A stretch of DNA of 64,000 nt from an uncultured bacterium (GCA_963702025.1 OY969699.1:608001-672000), one strand, 5' to 3'; positions 45,843-56,188 are shown, numbered from the stretch's first letter. The notes: generated by a model from the sequence alone, not told the origin. Numbers and translations are program-made.

Positions 45843-47897
45843 TTATTTTTTGAGCATCTTTTGTATGGCCGCTTTTGCAATTTCAGGTTTTTTGTTGCTC
45901 AACGCCATGAAATAGAGCAATCGGGGATTAATGTCACCTTTTTCCAATGCGGCAAGTATGGCATCCGTTTGTCCATTTTTAAACATTTGATCCAATGCAG
46001 TGTGAGAGATTGGGCCGGGCAGAACTGGAGTGGCCGGTATTTCAATTTTAGTAGGAGCAGGTTTTATGGTTATTGCGGCAGGTTTTGCAGCCGTAGGGAC
46101 TGCTGGTTTTATGATAACCGGTGCTGTTGCGGAAGTTTGTATTTGGGTTCCCGTTTCTAAAAAGGCATTTTTATTACCTAAAATAAATTCTTTTGCTGCT
46201 TCGAAAAGTTTTTTTAGAATCGGCAGATATTTAGTGTTTAATGTGGCAATTTCTTGCGGGCTTAAAATTGATGTCTCTTCAAGCGGTTTGAGTTTTTTGA
46301 GCTCAAGAAGTGAGCTTTGTATTTTTGAAATATCTTTATCAACTTTTTCTATGTCAGCTGCAGGAGAATTAGATTGCACCATAAATTCACGCTGCTTTTT
46401 AAGTTTTTGTAATTCTAATTCAAGCTCTTCTTTTTGTTCATTATATTCTTCAAGTGTTACGGGTAATGCATGAGTTTGTTTTCTGCATACTTCTTGTTTC
46501 TTAAAACGAAGACCAATAAGATAATTCATAGTATCAACCAATTGATCGCTCAGTTGTTTGCTCATGAGGCCTTTGCGGGCTAATTCTTGCGCTATTTTTG
46601 TGGTATTTTGAACGCCAAGATCATTCCAAAAACCAAGATTGGTAAGAATTTGTTCGGGGAACCGATATAACTCTCGTTTGATATCAACTTCTTTGCCTAA
46701 TTTACCGGTTACAATAGGCGATTCCGGTTTGTTCATATGTTTTATAAGATCTTTTTTCATCTCGAGGAATGCAATTTCTTGGCGGCGGGTGGTGTAAAAT
46801 GGATTTTTGTTTTTCGGTTCTCCCTGTAAATACACTTCTCGCAATTTTAAATACTCGTCAAATAGACGCTCATCACCATACAGATAGCGAATGTTTCTGA
46901 CTAGCGATTCCACCGACCCGGAAATTTGTTTCTCGCGTGGGTTGAGGGGCTTTAACAAAATATGTACTTGTTCTTTTGTTTCGTTGGCAATCTCAGATTC
47001 ATCCCGGCCCCTATTTGCTGGATTTTTTAAGGCTTTTGCAAACTCTTCTTGCACCATTGCATCTTCAATATTAGCAGGAACTTTTTCTTGTTCGGTTAAA
47101 AAATCGGGATTAACATGCTGGGCAAATTCTGCAGGAGTTGCTATAAAAATACGGCTCCCTTCAAAAGGTATTTTATCAAAATCTCGCTTTTCTAATGCGC
47201 TTTTAAGCAATGATTTTGCTTGTTCTTCACAGGCATACCGCGCGAAAAATTTTAAGTGTGCGGGTGAATTATCTGCTTCATCCATGCGCAATCCTTTGCC
47301 CCCAACATCTGGATGTTCGCCCAGCAAAAAGAATCGATCGGAAAGCTTTTGAGCAAATTTCTGAAAATATTTAATTACTTCAACATTTTTTTCCTTAACC
47401 AGAACGCCAATTTCAAGGTCGGTATAAAAACCGCTTTCTTGCCGGGCCATCGATCCCATAGTGATAATACTAAAATCAGTTGGTGGCGGACCGAGTTCTG
47501 TTATTGTTTGAGTAACTCTTTTTTTGATGTAATCGATAGTTTCTTCAGTTATATCGCGGGCCAAATCAGCGAACTTTGGGTTTTGTGTATCGCGGATCGC
47601 CAGATAGCGTTCTATATTCCTTTGTCGCAAATCATTCAATTCTTTTCTATCTTGGGTAGCGCACCCAAAAAGATTTTCTAAAGATTTAAATTCTGGTCCC
47701 CATTCTCTTGTTTTAACTTTGAATGGATTTGGGGAGAGTTGTTTTGCTGGATTGGCTCCATTCCCGAGAGGTTTAACAAGGAATGTTTTTCCCGGGGTTA
47801 CTTGGGCTGTTGCCAGGGGAGATGCTGAATTTGTCAGCAATGGTGCCCCTAAGGCACTAATAGCTATAAAAAATAACAACGATATATGCTTCTTCAT
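45843..47897 (-). CDS. Secreted DUF294/GlnE-like nucleotidyltransferase
   Basis: Signal peptide; PPTDFSIITMGSMARQESGFYTDLE; DIKRELYRF; LIGLR. Confidence 0.75.
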   Translation of the reverse strand: MKKHISLLFFIAISALGAPLLTNSASPLATAQVTPGKTFLVKPLGNGANPAKQLSPNPFKVKTREWGPEFKSLENLFGCATQDRKELNDLRQRNIERYLAIRDTQNPKFADLARDITEETIDYIKKRVTQTITELGPPPTDFSIITMGSMARQESGFYTDLEIGVLVKEKNVEVIKYFQKFAQKLSDRFFLLGEHPDVGGKGLRMDEADNSPAHLKFFARYACEEQAKSLLKSALEKRDFDKIPFEGSRIFIATPAEFAQHVNPDFLTEQEKVPANIEDAMVQEEFAKALKNPANRGRDESEIANETKEQVHILLKPLNPREKQISGSVESLVRNIRYLYGDERLFDEYLKLREVYLQGEPKNKNPFYTTRRQEIAFLEMKKDLIKHMNKPESPIVTGKLGKEVDIKRELYRFPEQILTNLGFWNDLGVQNTTKIAQELARKGLMSKQLSDQLVDTMNYLIGLRFKKQEVCRKQTHALPVTLEEYNEQKEELELELQKLKKQREFMVQSNSPAADIEKVDKDISKIQSSLLELKKLKPLEETSILSPQEIATLNTKYLPILKKLFEAAKEFILGNKNAFLETGTQIQTSATAPVIIKPAVPTAAKPAAITIKPAPTKIEIPATPVLPGPISHTALDQMFKNGQTDAILAALEKGDINPRLLYFMALSNKKPEIAKAAIQKMLKK

Positions 47898-48069
47898 ACT
47901 ACTCTCTTGTGCCATATTTCTAATAGTCAATTATAATAATAGCTGTTATAATTTCTACTTGTCAATACTAAGAGAGATTTTTACTTTGCTTTATTCGTAG
48001 GCGATAAGAAAACCTGATTCAATAAGGCTTTTTTTACGTTGAGCCATCAATCTGCTTTAGGGCAAAAAT

Positions 48070-48090
48070 AAGCCGGCTATTAACCGGCTT
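48070..48090 (-). terminator. Terminator after the 48109 gene
   Basis: aagccgg-ctattaa-ccggctt with T-rich tails. Confidence 0.55.
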
Positions 48091-48108
48091 TTGAATCAAA
48101 AGAATTCT

Positions 48109-48630
48109 TTACTCGTGATAGAGGATCCATGCTACCGTTTTAGGCTTGATCCCTAATGACTCATCATAGCAAGTAACTCGATAATTAACTGATGAGCCTA
48201 AATAGCCCTTTAAATATTTTTCGGTATAAAATTGAATTAAAATCGGTTTTTGTTTGCATTTAAAATAGTCTAAGGTTACTTCTCCAAGACTAATTTTATA
48301 TGTTGCAGTGCCATATGTTGCGCCTTTATAACTATAGGTAATCTCATAGGCGCTATTACTTGTTTTGTAATTTTGTCCCATTTCCATTATCTCTTTTTCT
48401 GTACCAGGCAATAAATCAAAATTTATCGTGTCTGATATTAAACCATTTGCCAGCTCAACTTTTTTGCTATAAAGCTGATTACCTTTAGTGATAAAAGAAT
48501 GGTCTTTATATTCTTTTGTCTGTATTTCAATTGGTTGGCCGGTATTATTTACAAAATAAACAGGTCCGATTCCCCAAGATGTGGTAGCCGTTAATGCTAA
48601 AATTAGTAGATAATTATAAGACATTTTCAT
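48109..48630 (-). CDS. Secreted hypothetical protein, paralog 2
   Basis: VYFVNNTGQPIEI, YSKKVEL, SVNYRVTC match the 48643 gene. Confidence 0.7.
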   Translation of the reverse strand: MKMSYNYLLILALTATTSWGIGPVYFVNNTGQPIEIQTKEYKDHSFITKGNQLYSKKVELANGLISDTINFDLLPGTEKEIMEMGQNYKTSNSAYEITYSYKGATYGTATYKISLGEVTLDYFKCKQKPILIQFYTEKYLKGYLGSSVNYRVTCYDESLGIKPKTVAWILYHE

Positions 48631-48642
48631 ATTTGGATCTCT

Positions 48643-49188
48643 TTATTCATTAAAATTCTGCCATGCGGGGATAGCAAATGAACCTGCTTCTTTTATTTCT
48701 TTTTCACACTTTACATCATAGGTAAGCGTAGAACCATAGACTTTTCCTGGTATTTCTAGAATTTCAACAACGATTTTATTTGGTTTGGGACATTTTTTAG
48801 ATGCGAAGAATTCAACAAGGCGGTGAATGTCTATTTCCTGTCCTGGTTTGTTAGGGTGCCCAAAGCCGATTTTAAATGCTTTGCTGCCATAATTTGATTC
48901 TTTATATGAAAGGGTTTTTTCAAGCGCCTCCATATCTTTTTGACTCAAATTATTCGGAAGTTTGGTAAAGTATAATTCTTGTGATACCTGACCGGGTTTT
49001 AGAGATACCTTTTTGGTGTAGTTTTTATCAAAATATTTACTTACGTCTTTTGCGTAAATGTCTATAGGGTTTTTGGTTTTATTTATAAAATAAGCCGGGG
49101 AATATTCCTCACCTCCTGGGGTCATCCCAAAAGATGCTGCAGTACTTATTAAAGCTAGGGCTATCGGGCATTTGTTAAATATTTTCAT
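48643..49188 (-). CDS. Secreted hypothetical protein, paralog 1
   Basis: AAGGAG SD; signal ...SFG|MT; AYFINKTKNPIDI, YTKKVSL, TLTYDVKC. Confidence 0.7.
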   Translation of the reverse strand: MKIFNKCPIALALISTAASFGMTPGGEEYSPAYFINKTKNPIDIYAKDVSKYFDKNYTKKVSLKPGQVSQELYFTKLPNNLSQKDMEALEKTLSYKESNYGSKAFKIGFGHPNKPGQEIDIHRLVEFFASKKCPKPNKIVVEILEIPGKVYGSTLTYDVKCEKEIKEAGSFAIPAWQNFNE

Positions 49189-49337
49189 GTTTTTCTCCTT
49201 ATTTACAAATAGAAAATATTAAAACAGCTAAATTTCCTCTTTATTTATATTATAAATTATGATAATCTGAAAAACAATAGAATGTATAAAATTGATAAAA
49301 TTAAGGTAAATTACCTATTTTAAGAAAGGATAAAAAT

Positions 49338-51182
49338 ATGAACTCTAACTATTTTTTACTGTTTTTTGGCTTTGCAAGTATCTTGAACTATGGGATGGAA
49401 ATGCCCGAAAAACCCAAAGAAAAGCCCAAAATAACGGTTATTTCTGATCAAAAGAGCTGGGAACTGGAACAAGACATTGTTTTTCAGGCCAAAACCCTTG
49501 CTCACCAGGTTAAAGATGTAAATCAGGCATATTTGCCCCCTTCAATATCTGCTGATTCCTTTGATCTTGCGATCCCCTTTCTGGACCTTGTCAACAAAAT
49601 TAAGAATAATGAAGCAGAAAAAGAAGAATTATCGGCAAAACTTAAGGAATGTGCGGATAATAATAAACTGGTTACTCTGGCCATTATGGCAGATTATGCT
49701 GATGCGCCAATTCTCAATCAATCTTGTATTCAAGAAATTGCCGGGCGTTTTACTGATAGTCGACTAATAAAGGACATGCTCAAATCCAAAGATTCCGAAT
49801 ATCATACGCTTCCCCAGACATTGCAATACAATGTAGCAGATGAAAGCACAAAAAAAAATAAACTTCTGCAGAGATTATTTTTTGCTCAAAATAGGCCACT
49901 TTTTAAAGCAGAATCGGTTCCTCTTAATAATGTAGAGATGAATGGCAAGACGGGGCATGTGGCAGCAAGAGGAGCAGATGGTGCGGTATATTTTTGGAAC
50001 CTTGCCACCGGGGCCTTTTATGGGCGATTGGTAAATACAAATCCACGCAATTATGTGCGTGCGGTCGCATTCAATAAAAAAGGAACGGCTCTTCTTACCG
50101 GTAATGATAATAGAACTATTGGTATATGGAACTTTGGCCCATTTCAAGAAACTAAATATGATGGTATCCGTAAAACAGCCGGTTCGAATATACTTTTTTT
50201 AAAACTTGGCTTTTTGGATAACGATACCAAGTTTTTTTCCTTTGATAACAACTATGATATTCATATCTGGGATCTGTCAGGAAAACTCCTAAAAAAATGG
50301 CAGCATGCTGACGATATTAAACAACTTGAACATTATTCCCATGCGGATAACTGGTTGGTAACGGCTGATAAATCAACGGTAAATCTCTTTAATTTCCTGA
50401 CGCAAAAACAAACGCAGTTAACCACGCAAGCCAAGACCACGATATATGCCGGTCATCGGGGAACTCAGTATATGCTATCAAACGTTAGCGCCATACAGGT
50501 TAATCCCAATGGCAAACAACTGGCTGTTGGATTTGGCAATGGCCAAATCGCTCATTTTGATTTGACTAAACCGGTGATCGACGGTGAATATGCTCCCGAA
50601 ACGATAGATTTGCACTCTGAAGTAAAGGCAATCGCCTGTGATCCGATTGATGGCACAATCGCGGCCGGTTATACCGGAAGTATCGATGGACGTGGCTCAA
50701 TTATAGTATGGAACCCCCGATCAAAAGAAACATATCGTCTGAATAATGAGGAAGAAGTAAAAGCTCTTTCTTTTAATGCCAACGGAAATTTGCTTGCTGC
50801 TACTTCAGGGAAGCAGATAAAAATATGGAACCTTCCCCTCAAGCAGTGTGTGCAAATTTTAACCAATGATTGCAATGAAGGAATACATAAAGCAGTGTTC
50901 GTGGATGATCATCATATTTGCGCAACAGATTACGGTTGTAATTTTATAACCTGGAAAACACATGATCCGCAAAGAATCAAGCAGGTAAAAGATCTTACCA
51001 TCTCTCAGCTTGCCTGTTTACTCTATTTCTTGGATGCGGCAGAAAACAAATCTCCTATGGAAATCACCGATTCAATAAGGGAGATATTGGTAAATCTTCC
51101 TAATTGGGCAAAAGATTATATACATCATTTATTGCCGGTGAAGGAACGTGTTGGTTTATACAAGAGTGCCATTAAAAAATAA
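49338..51182 (+). CDS. Secreted Skp1/BTB-like plus WD40-repeat protein
   Basis: Signal ...NYG|ME; KTLAHQVKD, LVTLAIMADYADAPIL..SC; WD repeats ending YFWN, GIWN, HIWD, IVWN, KIWN. Confidence 0.8.
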   Translation: MNSNYFLLFFGFASILNYGMEMPEKPKEKPKITVISDQKSWELEQDIVFQAKTLAHQVKDVNQAYLPPSISADSFDLAIPFLDLVNKIKNNEAEKEELSAKLKECADNNKLVTLAIMADYADAPILNQSCIQEIAGRFTDSRLIKDMLKSKDSEYHTLPQTLQYNVADESTKKNKLLQRLFFAQNRPLFKAESVPLNNVEMNGKTGHVAARGADGAVYFWNLATGAFYGRLVNTNPRNYVRAVAFNKKGTALLTGNDNRTIGIWNFGPFQETKYDGIRKTAGSNILFLKLGFLDNDTKFFSFDNNYDIHIWDLSGKLLKKWQHADDIKQLEHYSHADNWLVTADKSTVNLFNFLTQKQTQLTTQAKTTIYAGHRGTQYMLSNVSAIQVNPNGKQLAVGFGNGQIAHFDLTKPVIDGEYAPETIDLHSEVKAIACDPIDGTIAAGYTGSIDGRGSIIVWNPRSKETYRLNNEEEVKALSFNANGNLLAATSGKQIKIWNLPLKQCVQILTNDCNEGIHKAVFVDDHHICATDYGCNFITWKTHDPQRIKQVKDLTISQLACLLYFLDAAENKSPMEITDSIREILVNLPNWAKDYIHHLLPVKERVGLYKSAIKK

Positions 51183-51244
51183 TAATCTTTACCTTGTGCC
51201 ATCCTTTTTTTTACCATTACTGAGTAATAATAAAAAAGGCGCGC

Positions 51245-53791
51245 ATGCAGATCCAAAACAATGAATCGTATATCTATTGTACTTTAACAGTTGAACAGGT
51301 AGTTGAGAAATTACGGACCTCGCTTACCAGTGGGTTGTCAGAGAGTGAGGCAAGAGATCGGTGCAAAAGCTATGGGTTGAATGAACTGGGTGTTCAGCGC
51401 GCCTCTTGGTTTTCTATTTTGATTGCACAATTCACTTCTCCGTTTGTTTATCTATTGCTTATTATCGCGGCGGCAACTTTTGCATTGCAAGATTTTAGCA
51501 ACGGAGTAATTATTTGCGCATGCATTCTGCTGAACACTGCTGTTGGATTTTATCAGGAATATAAAGCCGATAAATCGTTGGTACTTCTGAAGAAATATTT
51601 AGTGGCAAAGGTTTTTGTTTTACGCGCAGGCAAACAAGAAGAAATTCCCAGTTCGCAACTTGTACCGGGCGATATTCTCTTATTATATCCCGGTGACGTT
51701 ATTCCCGCCGATGTGCGCTTTGCACAAACTGAACATCTGAGTGTGGATGAATCACTGTTAACGGGTGAATCAATAGAAATTCCTAAGAGTGCTGAAACTT
51801 TACCCAAAGTACCGGAAAATATTTTTGCGGCGCATAATATCGGATTTTCCGGTACCGCCGTTGCGCGAGGAAAGGGTATAGGCATTGTGATTGCTACCGG
51901 TGTTCATGGTGCGTTGGGCCAAATAAATTCTTTAACCGCGCAGATACAAAAAGTAAGCGGCTTTTCTGAAAAGATTAACCGGTTCAGTAATTTTATTTGT
52001 CTTCTTATTTTTTTAATTGTGGCATTGGTATTTGGCATACACCTTTTATTTGCATTTGATAGGTTTGAAATTATAAATCTGGCAATTTTTTCTATTGCTT
52101 TAGGAATTACTATTGTACCCGAGGCATTGCCGGTGGTAACTACTTTTGGATTCACCCGCGGTGCGCTACGGCTTGCGCAGCATGAGGTGGTGGTTAAGCG
52201 GCTTTCTGCCATTGAAGATTTAGGAAGCATCGAGATATTGTGCACCGATAAAACTGGCACGCTTACTGAAAATAAGTTGCAAATAGCTTCAGTATATGGA
52301 CCTGAACGGGAAGTTTTGCTTTGGGCGGCACTGAGTGCGGGCATGACCGAGCGAAATCTTTCGGTCGCAAAAGGTTTTGACTCGGTAATTTGGCAGGCGC
52401 TTTCTGCACAAGAGCAAGAACTGGTAGGGCAGTATGAAAAAGTGGCTGAAATTCCTTTTGATTCAAATCGCCGAAGAAGTTTGGTTTTGTTAAAGCACTG
52501 TCACCAACATGTTCTTGCCGTGCGCGGCTCTGCCCAAGATGTTCTGGGTATTTGTGATGGCCTTGATGCTGATCAAAAAGCATCGATTGAGCAATGGATA
52601 GGAAATCAAGGAGAAAATGGTAATCGGGTTATTGCCGTTGCCACAAAAGAGACACCGCAAGTTGATACACAGACGATTGATTTGAAAACAGAAGAACAGG
52701 GATTCAATCTTGTTGGGCTCATTGCGTTTGAGGATCCATTAAAACCAACTTCGCGCGGCGCAATAGTGAAAGCGGGAAAGCTTGGTATTCAGATTAAAAT
52801 TTTGAGTGGTGATAGCCCGGAAGTATGCGCGGCTATTGGTAAAAAGGTTGGGCTTTTACAAAATTCATCACAAGTAATAACCGGCGATTATTTTGCCCAA
52901 CAAAATCAAGAAGAAAAGGAAACATTAGTAGAAAATGGCATAGTGTTTGCGCGCGTGAGCCCTGAACAAAAATATGAAATTATACAATTACTGCAAAAAA
53001 ACTATAAAGTCGGTTATATGGGTGACGGTATCAATGATGCGCCGGCATTAAAAATTGCTCATGTTGCTTTGGCCGTAGATGACGCGGCTGATATTGCACG
53101 CAATGCTGCCGACATAATTTTATTCAAGCAAAGCTTGAGCGTTATCATTAATGGCATTGAAGAAGGACGTATCATTTTTGCCAACACACTGAAATATATT
53201 AAAATCACACTTGCGGCAGGATTTGGTCATTTTTATGCCCTGGCAGTTGCCTCACTGCTCATAGACTTTTTACCTATGTTGCCCTCACAACTTTTGGTGC
53301 TTAATTTGTTAACCGATGTTCCCCTTATTGCGCTTTCTACTGATTCAATGAGTATGCAAGAAGTTAGGTCACCACAAAAATATGATTTTAAAGCGATCAT
53401 AATTATGGCAACCATTTTGGGGCTGGTGATTTCAACATTTGATTTTATTGTATTTGCTCTTTTTTATCATCGCTCGCCGGCCGTTTTGCAAACGAATTGG
53501 TTTATCAGTTGCATACTTACTGAGACAATGTTTACTCTTTCAACCCGTTCAACATTGCCGTTTTATAAAGCCAAGCGCCCGTCAAAAACTCTGGTCGCTT
53601 CGTTAGCGTGTGTTGTTCTTCTTGCGCTTGTAATTCCCTTCACCTCATTTGGACAGGATTGGCTGCATTTTGTAAAACCAACGGGAGCTGACATACTATT
53701 AATTGTTATGCTTTCTGTTGGGTGTTTTATGGCAACCGAATTAATGAAATTTTTATACACTACATTTTATAAGGGTTCCGGAGCGTCATAA
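51245..53791 (+). CDS. mgtA: P-type ATPase, Mg2+-importer type
   Basis: TGES, VPEALP, DKTGTLT, GDGINDAPAL, FLPMLPSQLL, QTNWF. Confidence 0.8.
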   Translation: MQIQNNESYIYCTLTVEQVVEKLRTSLTSGLSESEARDRCKSYGLNELGVQRASWFSILIAQFTSPFVYLLLIIAAATFALQDFSNGVIICACILLNTAVGFYQEYKADKSLVLLKKYLVAKVFVLRAGKQEEIPSSQLVPGDILLLYPGDVIPADVRFAQTEHLSVDESLLTGESIEIPKSAETLPKVPENIFAAHNIGFSGTAVARGKGIGIVIATGVHGALGQINSLTAQIQKVSGFSEKINRFSNFICLLIFLIVALVFGIHLLFAFDRFEIINLAIFSIALGITIVPEALPVVTTFGFTRGALRLAQHEVVVKRLSAIEDLGSIEILCTDKTGTLTENKLQIASVYGPEREVLLWAALSAGMTERNLSVAKGFDSVIWQALSAQEQELVGQYEKVAEIPFDSNRRRSLVLLKHCHQHVLAVRGSAQDVLGICDGLDADQKASIEQWIGNQGENGNRVIAVATKETPQVDTQTIDLKTEEQGFNLVGLIAFEDPLKPTSRGAIVKAGKLGIQIKILSGDSPEVCAAIGKKVGLLQNSSQVITGDYFAQQNQEEKETLVENGIVFARVSPEQKYEIIQLLQKNYKVGYMGDGINDAPALKIAHVALAVDDAADIARNAADIILFKQSLSVIINGIEEGRIIFANTLKYIKITLAAGFGHFYALAVASLLIDFLPMLPSQLLVLNLLTDVPLIALSTDSMSMQEVRSPQKYDFKAIIIMATILGLVISTFDFIVFALFYHRSPAVLQTNWFISCILTETMFTLSTRSTLPFYKAKRPSKTLVASLACVVLLALVIPFTSFGQDWLHFVKPTGADILLIVMLSVGCFMATELMKFLYTTFYKGSGAS

Positions 53792-53793
53792 TT

Positions 53794-54231
53794 ATGGACT
53801 TTGAAATAATTTCCCATACTGCTGATCTTAAAATTCATGTGTACGGTACAACAAAACAAGAACTCTTTAAAAATGCATTGTGCGGCATGTTCCAAGCAAT
53901 GCGTCCAATAAGCTCCTCCTGCCATTATGAAAATGAGCGAATGGTGTGTGATCAGTTACCCATAGTGCGCGATTTTGGTGTTGATTCGCCTGACTTGGAT
54001 TCTTTATTAGTCGATTTTCTTTCAAATGCGCTCTATTTGGGCGCTATTCATCATGAAGCATATTTAGATGTTACTTTAATAACTTTTGATGACATGCGAG
54101 TGCTAGGATGTTTAAAGGGAGTTGCTATTACCGGGCTACAAGAATCTGAAGTGAAAGCGGTCACGTATCATGATTTGGGCATTATACAAAAAGATGGGCT
54201 CTGGCAAACTGATATTGTTTTTGATGTTTGA
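53794..54231 (+). CDS. Archease
   Basis: FEIISHTAD, EVKAVTYH, C-terminal FDV. Confidence 0.93.
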   Translation: MDFEIISHTADLKIHVYGTTKQELFKNALCGMFQAMRPISSSCHYENERMVCDQLPIVRDFGVDSPDLDSLLVDFLSNALYLGAIHHEAYLDVTLITFDDMRVLGCLKGVAITGLQESEVKAVTYHDLGIIQKDGLWQTDIVFDV

Positions 54232-54258
54232 TTAGGCAGAAAATTAGTAAGGAAACTA

Positions 54259-55722
54259 ATGGCAGAAGTTCGCTTGCCTCAATGGGAAGATCTTATAAAA
54301 ATTAATGACAATCTCTTCGAAATTCCGCAAAATTTCAGATCCGACATGCGCGTTCCCGCGCGCATCTATATGACCGAAGCGATGTTTGAGGATATAAAAG
54401 AAGATCGATCATTGGAACAATTAGTGAATGTTGCATCATTGCCCGGCATTCAAAAGTATGCGCTTGCGATGCCTGATATTCATCAAGGATACGGTTTCCC
54501 CATTGGCGGGGTTGCCGCAACATCGATAGCGGATGGCGGTGTGATTTCGCCGGGCGGCATCGGCTATGATATTAATTGTGGCGTTCGTCTTTTGGCGGCA
54601 AATATCAAAAGAGATGAGATAAAACCATATTTAGAAAATATTGCAACGGCACTATTCCATGTAATTCCATCAGGCGTTGGGCGCGGTGGCAAATTATCAT
54701 TGCATACCAAAGAGCTCGATACTATTTTGGCGCAGGGGGCCCAGGCCATGGTGCGCATGGGATATGGCACCGAATCTGATCTTGAACATTGCGAAGAAAA
54801 TGGCAATATGCCCGGTGCCAATCCGGATCTTATTTCAAAAGAAGCAAAAACAAGAGGACACGATCAATTGGGGACACTTGGCTCGGGAAATCATTTTCTT
54901 GAGGTGCAAGCGGTAGAAGAAATTTATGATGAAAAAGTGGCCCAAGCATTTGGCTTATCAAAGGATCAAGTGACGGTGATGATTCACTGTGGATCGCGTG
55001 GTCTTGGGCATCAAACATGCACCGATTATGTGCGTATTTTGATGAAAGAGTTACCCAAATGGGGATATCAGTTGCCTGATCGTGAATTGGTCTGCGCGCC
55101 ATTTAGTTCCCCACATGGGCAAGATTATTTTGCGGCTATGATTGCAGCGGCAAATTTTGCATGGGCAAATCGCCATTTGATTGGCCATTGGGTGCGTGAA
55201 GCATGGATAAATCAACTGGGCCCAACGGCTGCTTTACGCACGGTATATGATGTTTCTCATAACATTGGCAAACGTGAAAAGCATATGGTGAATGGAAAGC
55301 CGATGGATTTGCTGGTGCATCGCAAGGGCGCAACCCGTTCATTTGGGTCAAGCAGACCGGAAGTGCCGGCCGCTTATAAAAATGTTGGTCAACCGGTGCT
55401 GATTCCGGGCACCATGGGAACCGCTTCATATGTTTTAGTGGGCACCGATAGCTCTTTGGAGCAGGCATTTGGCTCATCGTGCCACGGTGCGGGAAGAACT
55501 ATGTCACGCATGAAGGCAAAAAAATTAATTCAAGGGAATGTGCTGCGCAAAGAGCTTGAAAGCGCGGGCATTATTGTTCGGTGTGATTCGAATGTTGGAC
55601 TGGCCGAAGAAGCGCCGCGCGCTTATAAAGATGTTGACATGGTGGTAAACGTTATTGCCAACGCTGGTCTTGCGCGTAAAGTTGCGCGACTGGTGCCGTT
55701 GGCAGTAGTAAAGGGTGGATAA
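54259..55722 (+). CDS. rtcB: RNA 2',3'-cyclic phosphate/5'-OH ligase
   Basis: MPDIHQGYGFPIG, GYDINCG, GSGNHFLE, HCGSRG, SCHGAGR, EEAP.AYKD, KG end. Confidence 0.97.
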   Translation: MAEVRLPQWEDLIKINDNLFEIPQNFRSDMRVPARIYMTEAMFEDIKEDRSLEQLVNVASLPGIQKYALAMPDIHQGYGFPIGGVAATSIADGGVISPGGIGYDINCGVRLLAANIKRDEIKPYLENIATALFHVIPSGVGRGGKLSLHTKELDTILAQGAQAMVRMGYGTESDLEHCEENGNMPGANPDLISKEAKTRGHDQLGTLGSGNHFLEVQAVEEIYDEKVAQAFGLSKDQVTVMIHCGSRGLGHQTCTDYVRILMKELPKWGYQLPDRELVCAPFSSPHGQDYFAAMIAAANFAWANRHLIGHWVREAWINQLGPTAALRTVYDVSHNIGKREKHMVNGKPMDLLVHRKGATRSFGSSRPEVPAAYKNVGQPVLIPGTMGTASYVLVGTDSSLEQAFGSSCHGAGRTMSRMKAKKLIQGNVLRKELESAGIIVRCDSNVGLAEEAPRAYKDVDMVVNVIANAGLARKVARLVPLAVVKGG

Positions 55723-55768
55723 TTAAGTTAAGAATTGAGATTAATGGTATTTTTTCGAAGGGGGCATT

Positions 55769-56188
55769 ATGAGCGCTGCTATATATCGCATATACGTCTG
55801 TTTGGTATTAGAAAAAGATAATAACGTTCTGTTATCAAAACGCCTCAACACCGGCTGGATGGACGGGTTTTGGCATATTCCCGGTGGCGGCTTGGAAGAA
55901 AATGAATCACTTATTCATGCCGTAACGCGCGAGGCAAAAGAAGAGCTGGATGTGGATGTTGATCCTGCTGATGTAAAATTGCTCTATATTTTACATCTGA
56001 ATAAGCAAACGCTCGGCTTTTATTTTATTACCACCAAATGGCAGGGCGAACCGAAAAATAATGAACCCAATGAATGCAGTGAAGTTGCCTGGTTCTCCAT
56101 GGATCAATTGCCCGAAGAGATGAGCCCCTTTGCGCAGCGGGTTATTGAAGGGCGTAAAAGCGGTAAGAATTATTTTTACATAGAATAA
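55769..56188 (+). CDS. NUDIX hydrolase
   Basis: PGGGLEENESLIHAVTREAKEEL Nudix box; WQGEPKNNEP. Confidence 0.92.
   Translation: MSAAIYRIYVCLVLEKDNNVLLSKRLNTGWMDGFWHIPGGGLEENESLIHAVTREAKEELDVDVDPADVKLLYILHLNKQTLGFYFITTKWQGEPKNNEPNECSEVAWFSMDQLPEEMSPFAQRVIEGRKSGKNYFYIE
56120..56188 (+). repeat. Degenerate direct repeat, copy 1 (NUDIX 3' end)
   Basis: gggttattgaagggcgtaaaagcggtaagaattattttt; echoed at 57661-57730. Confidence 0.7.
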
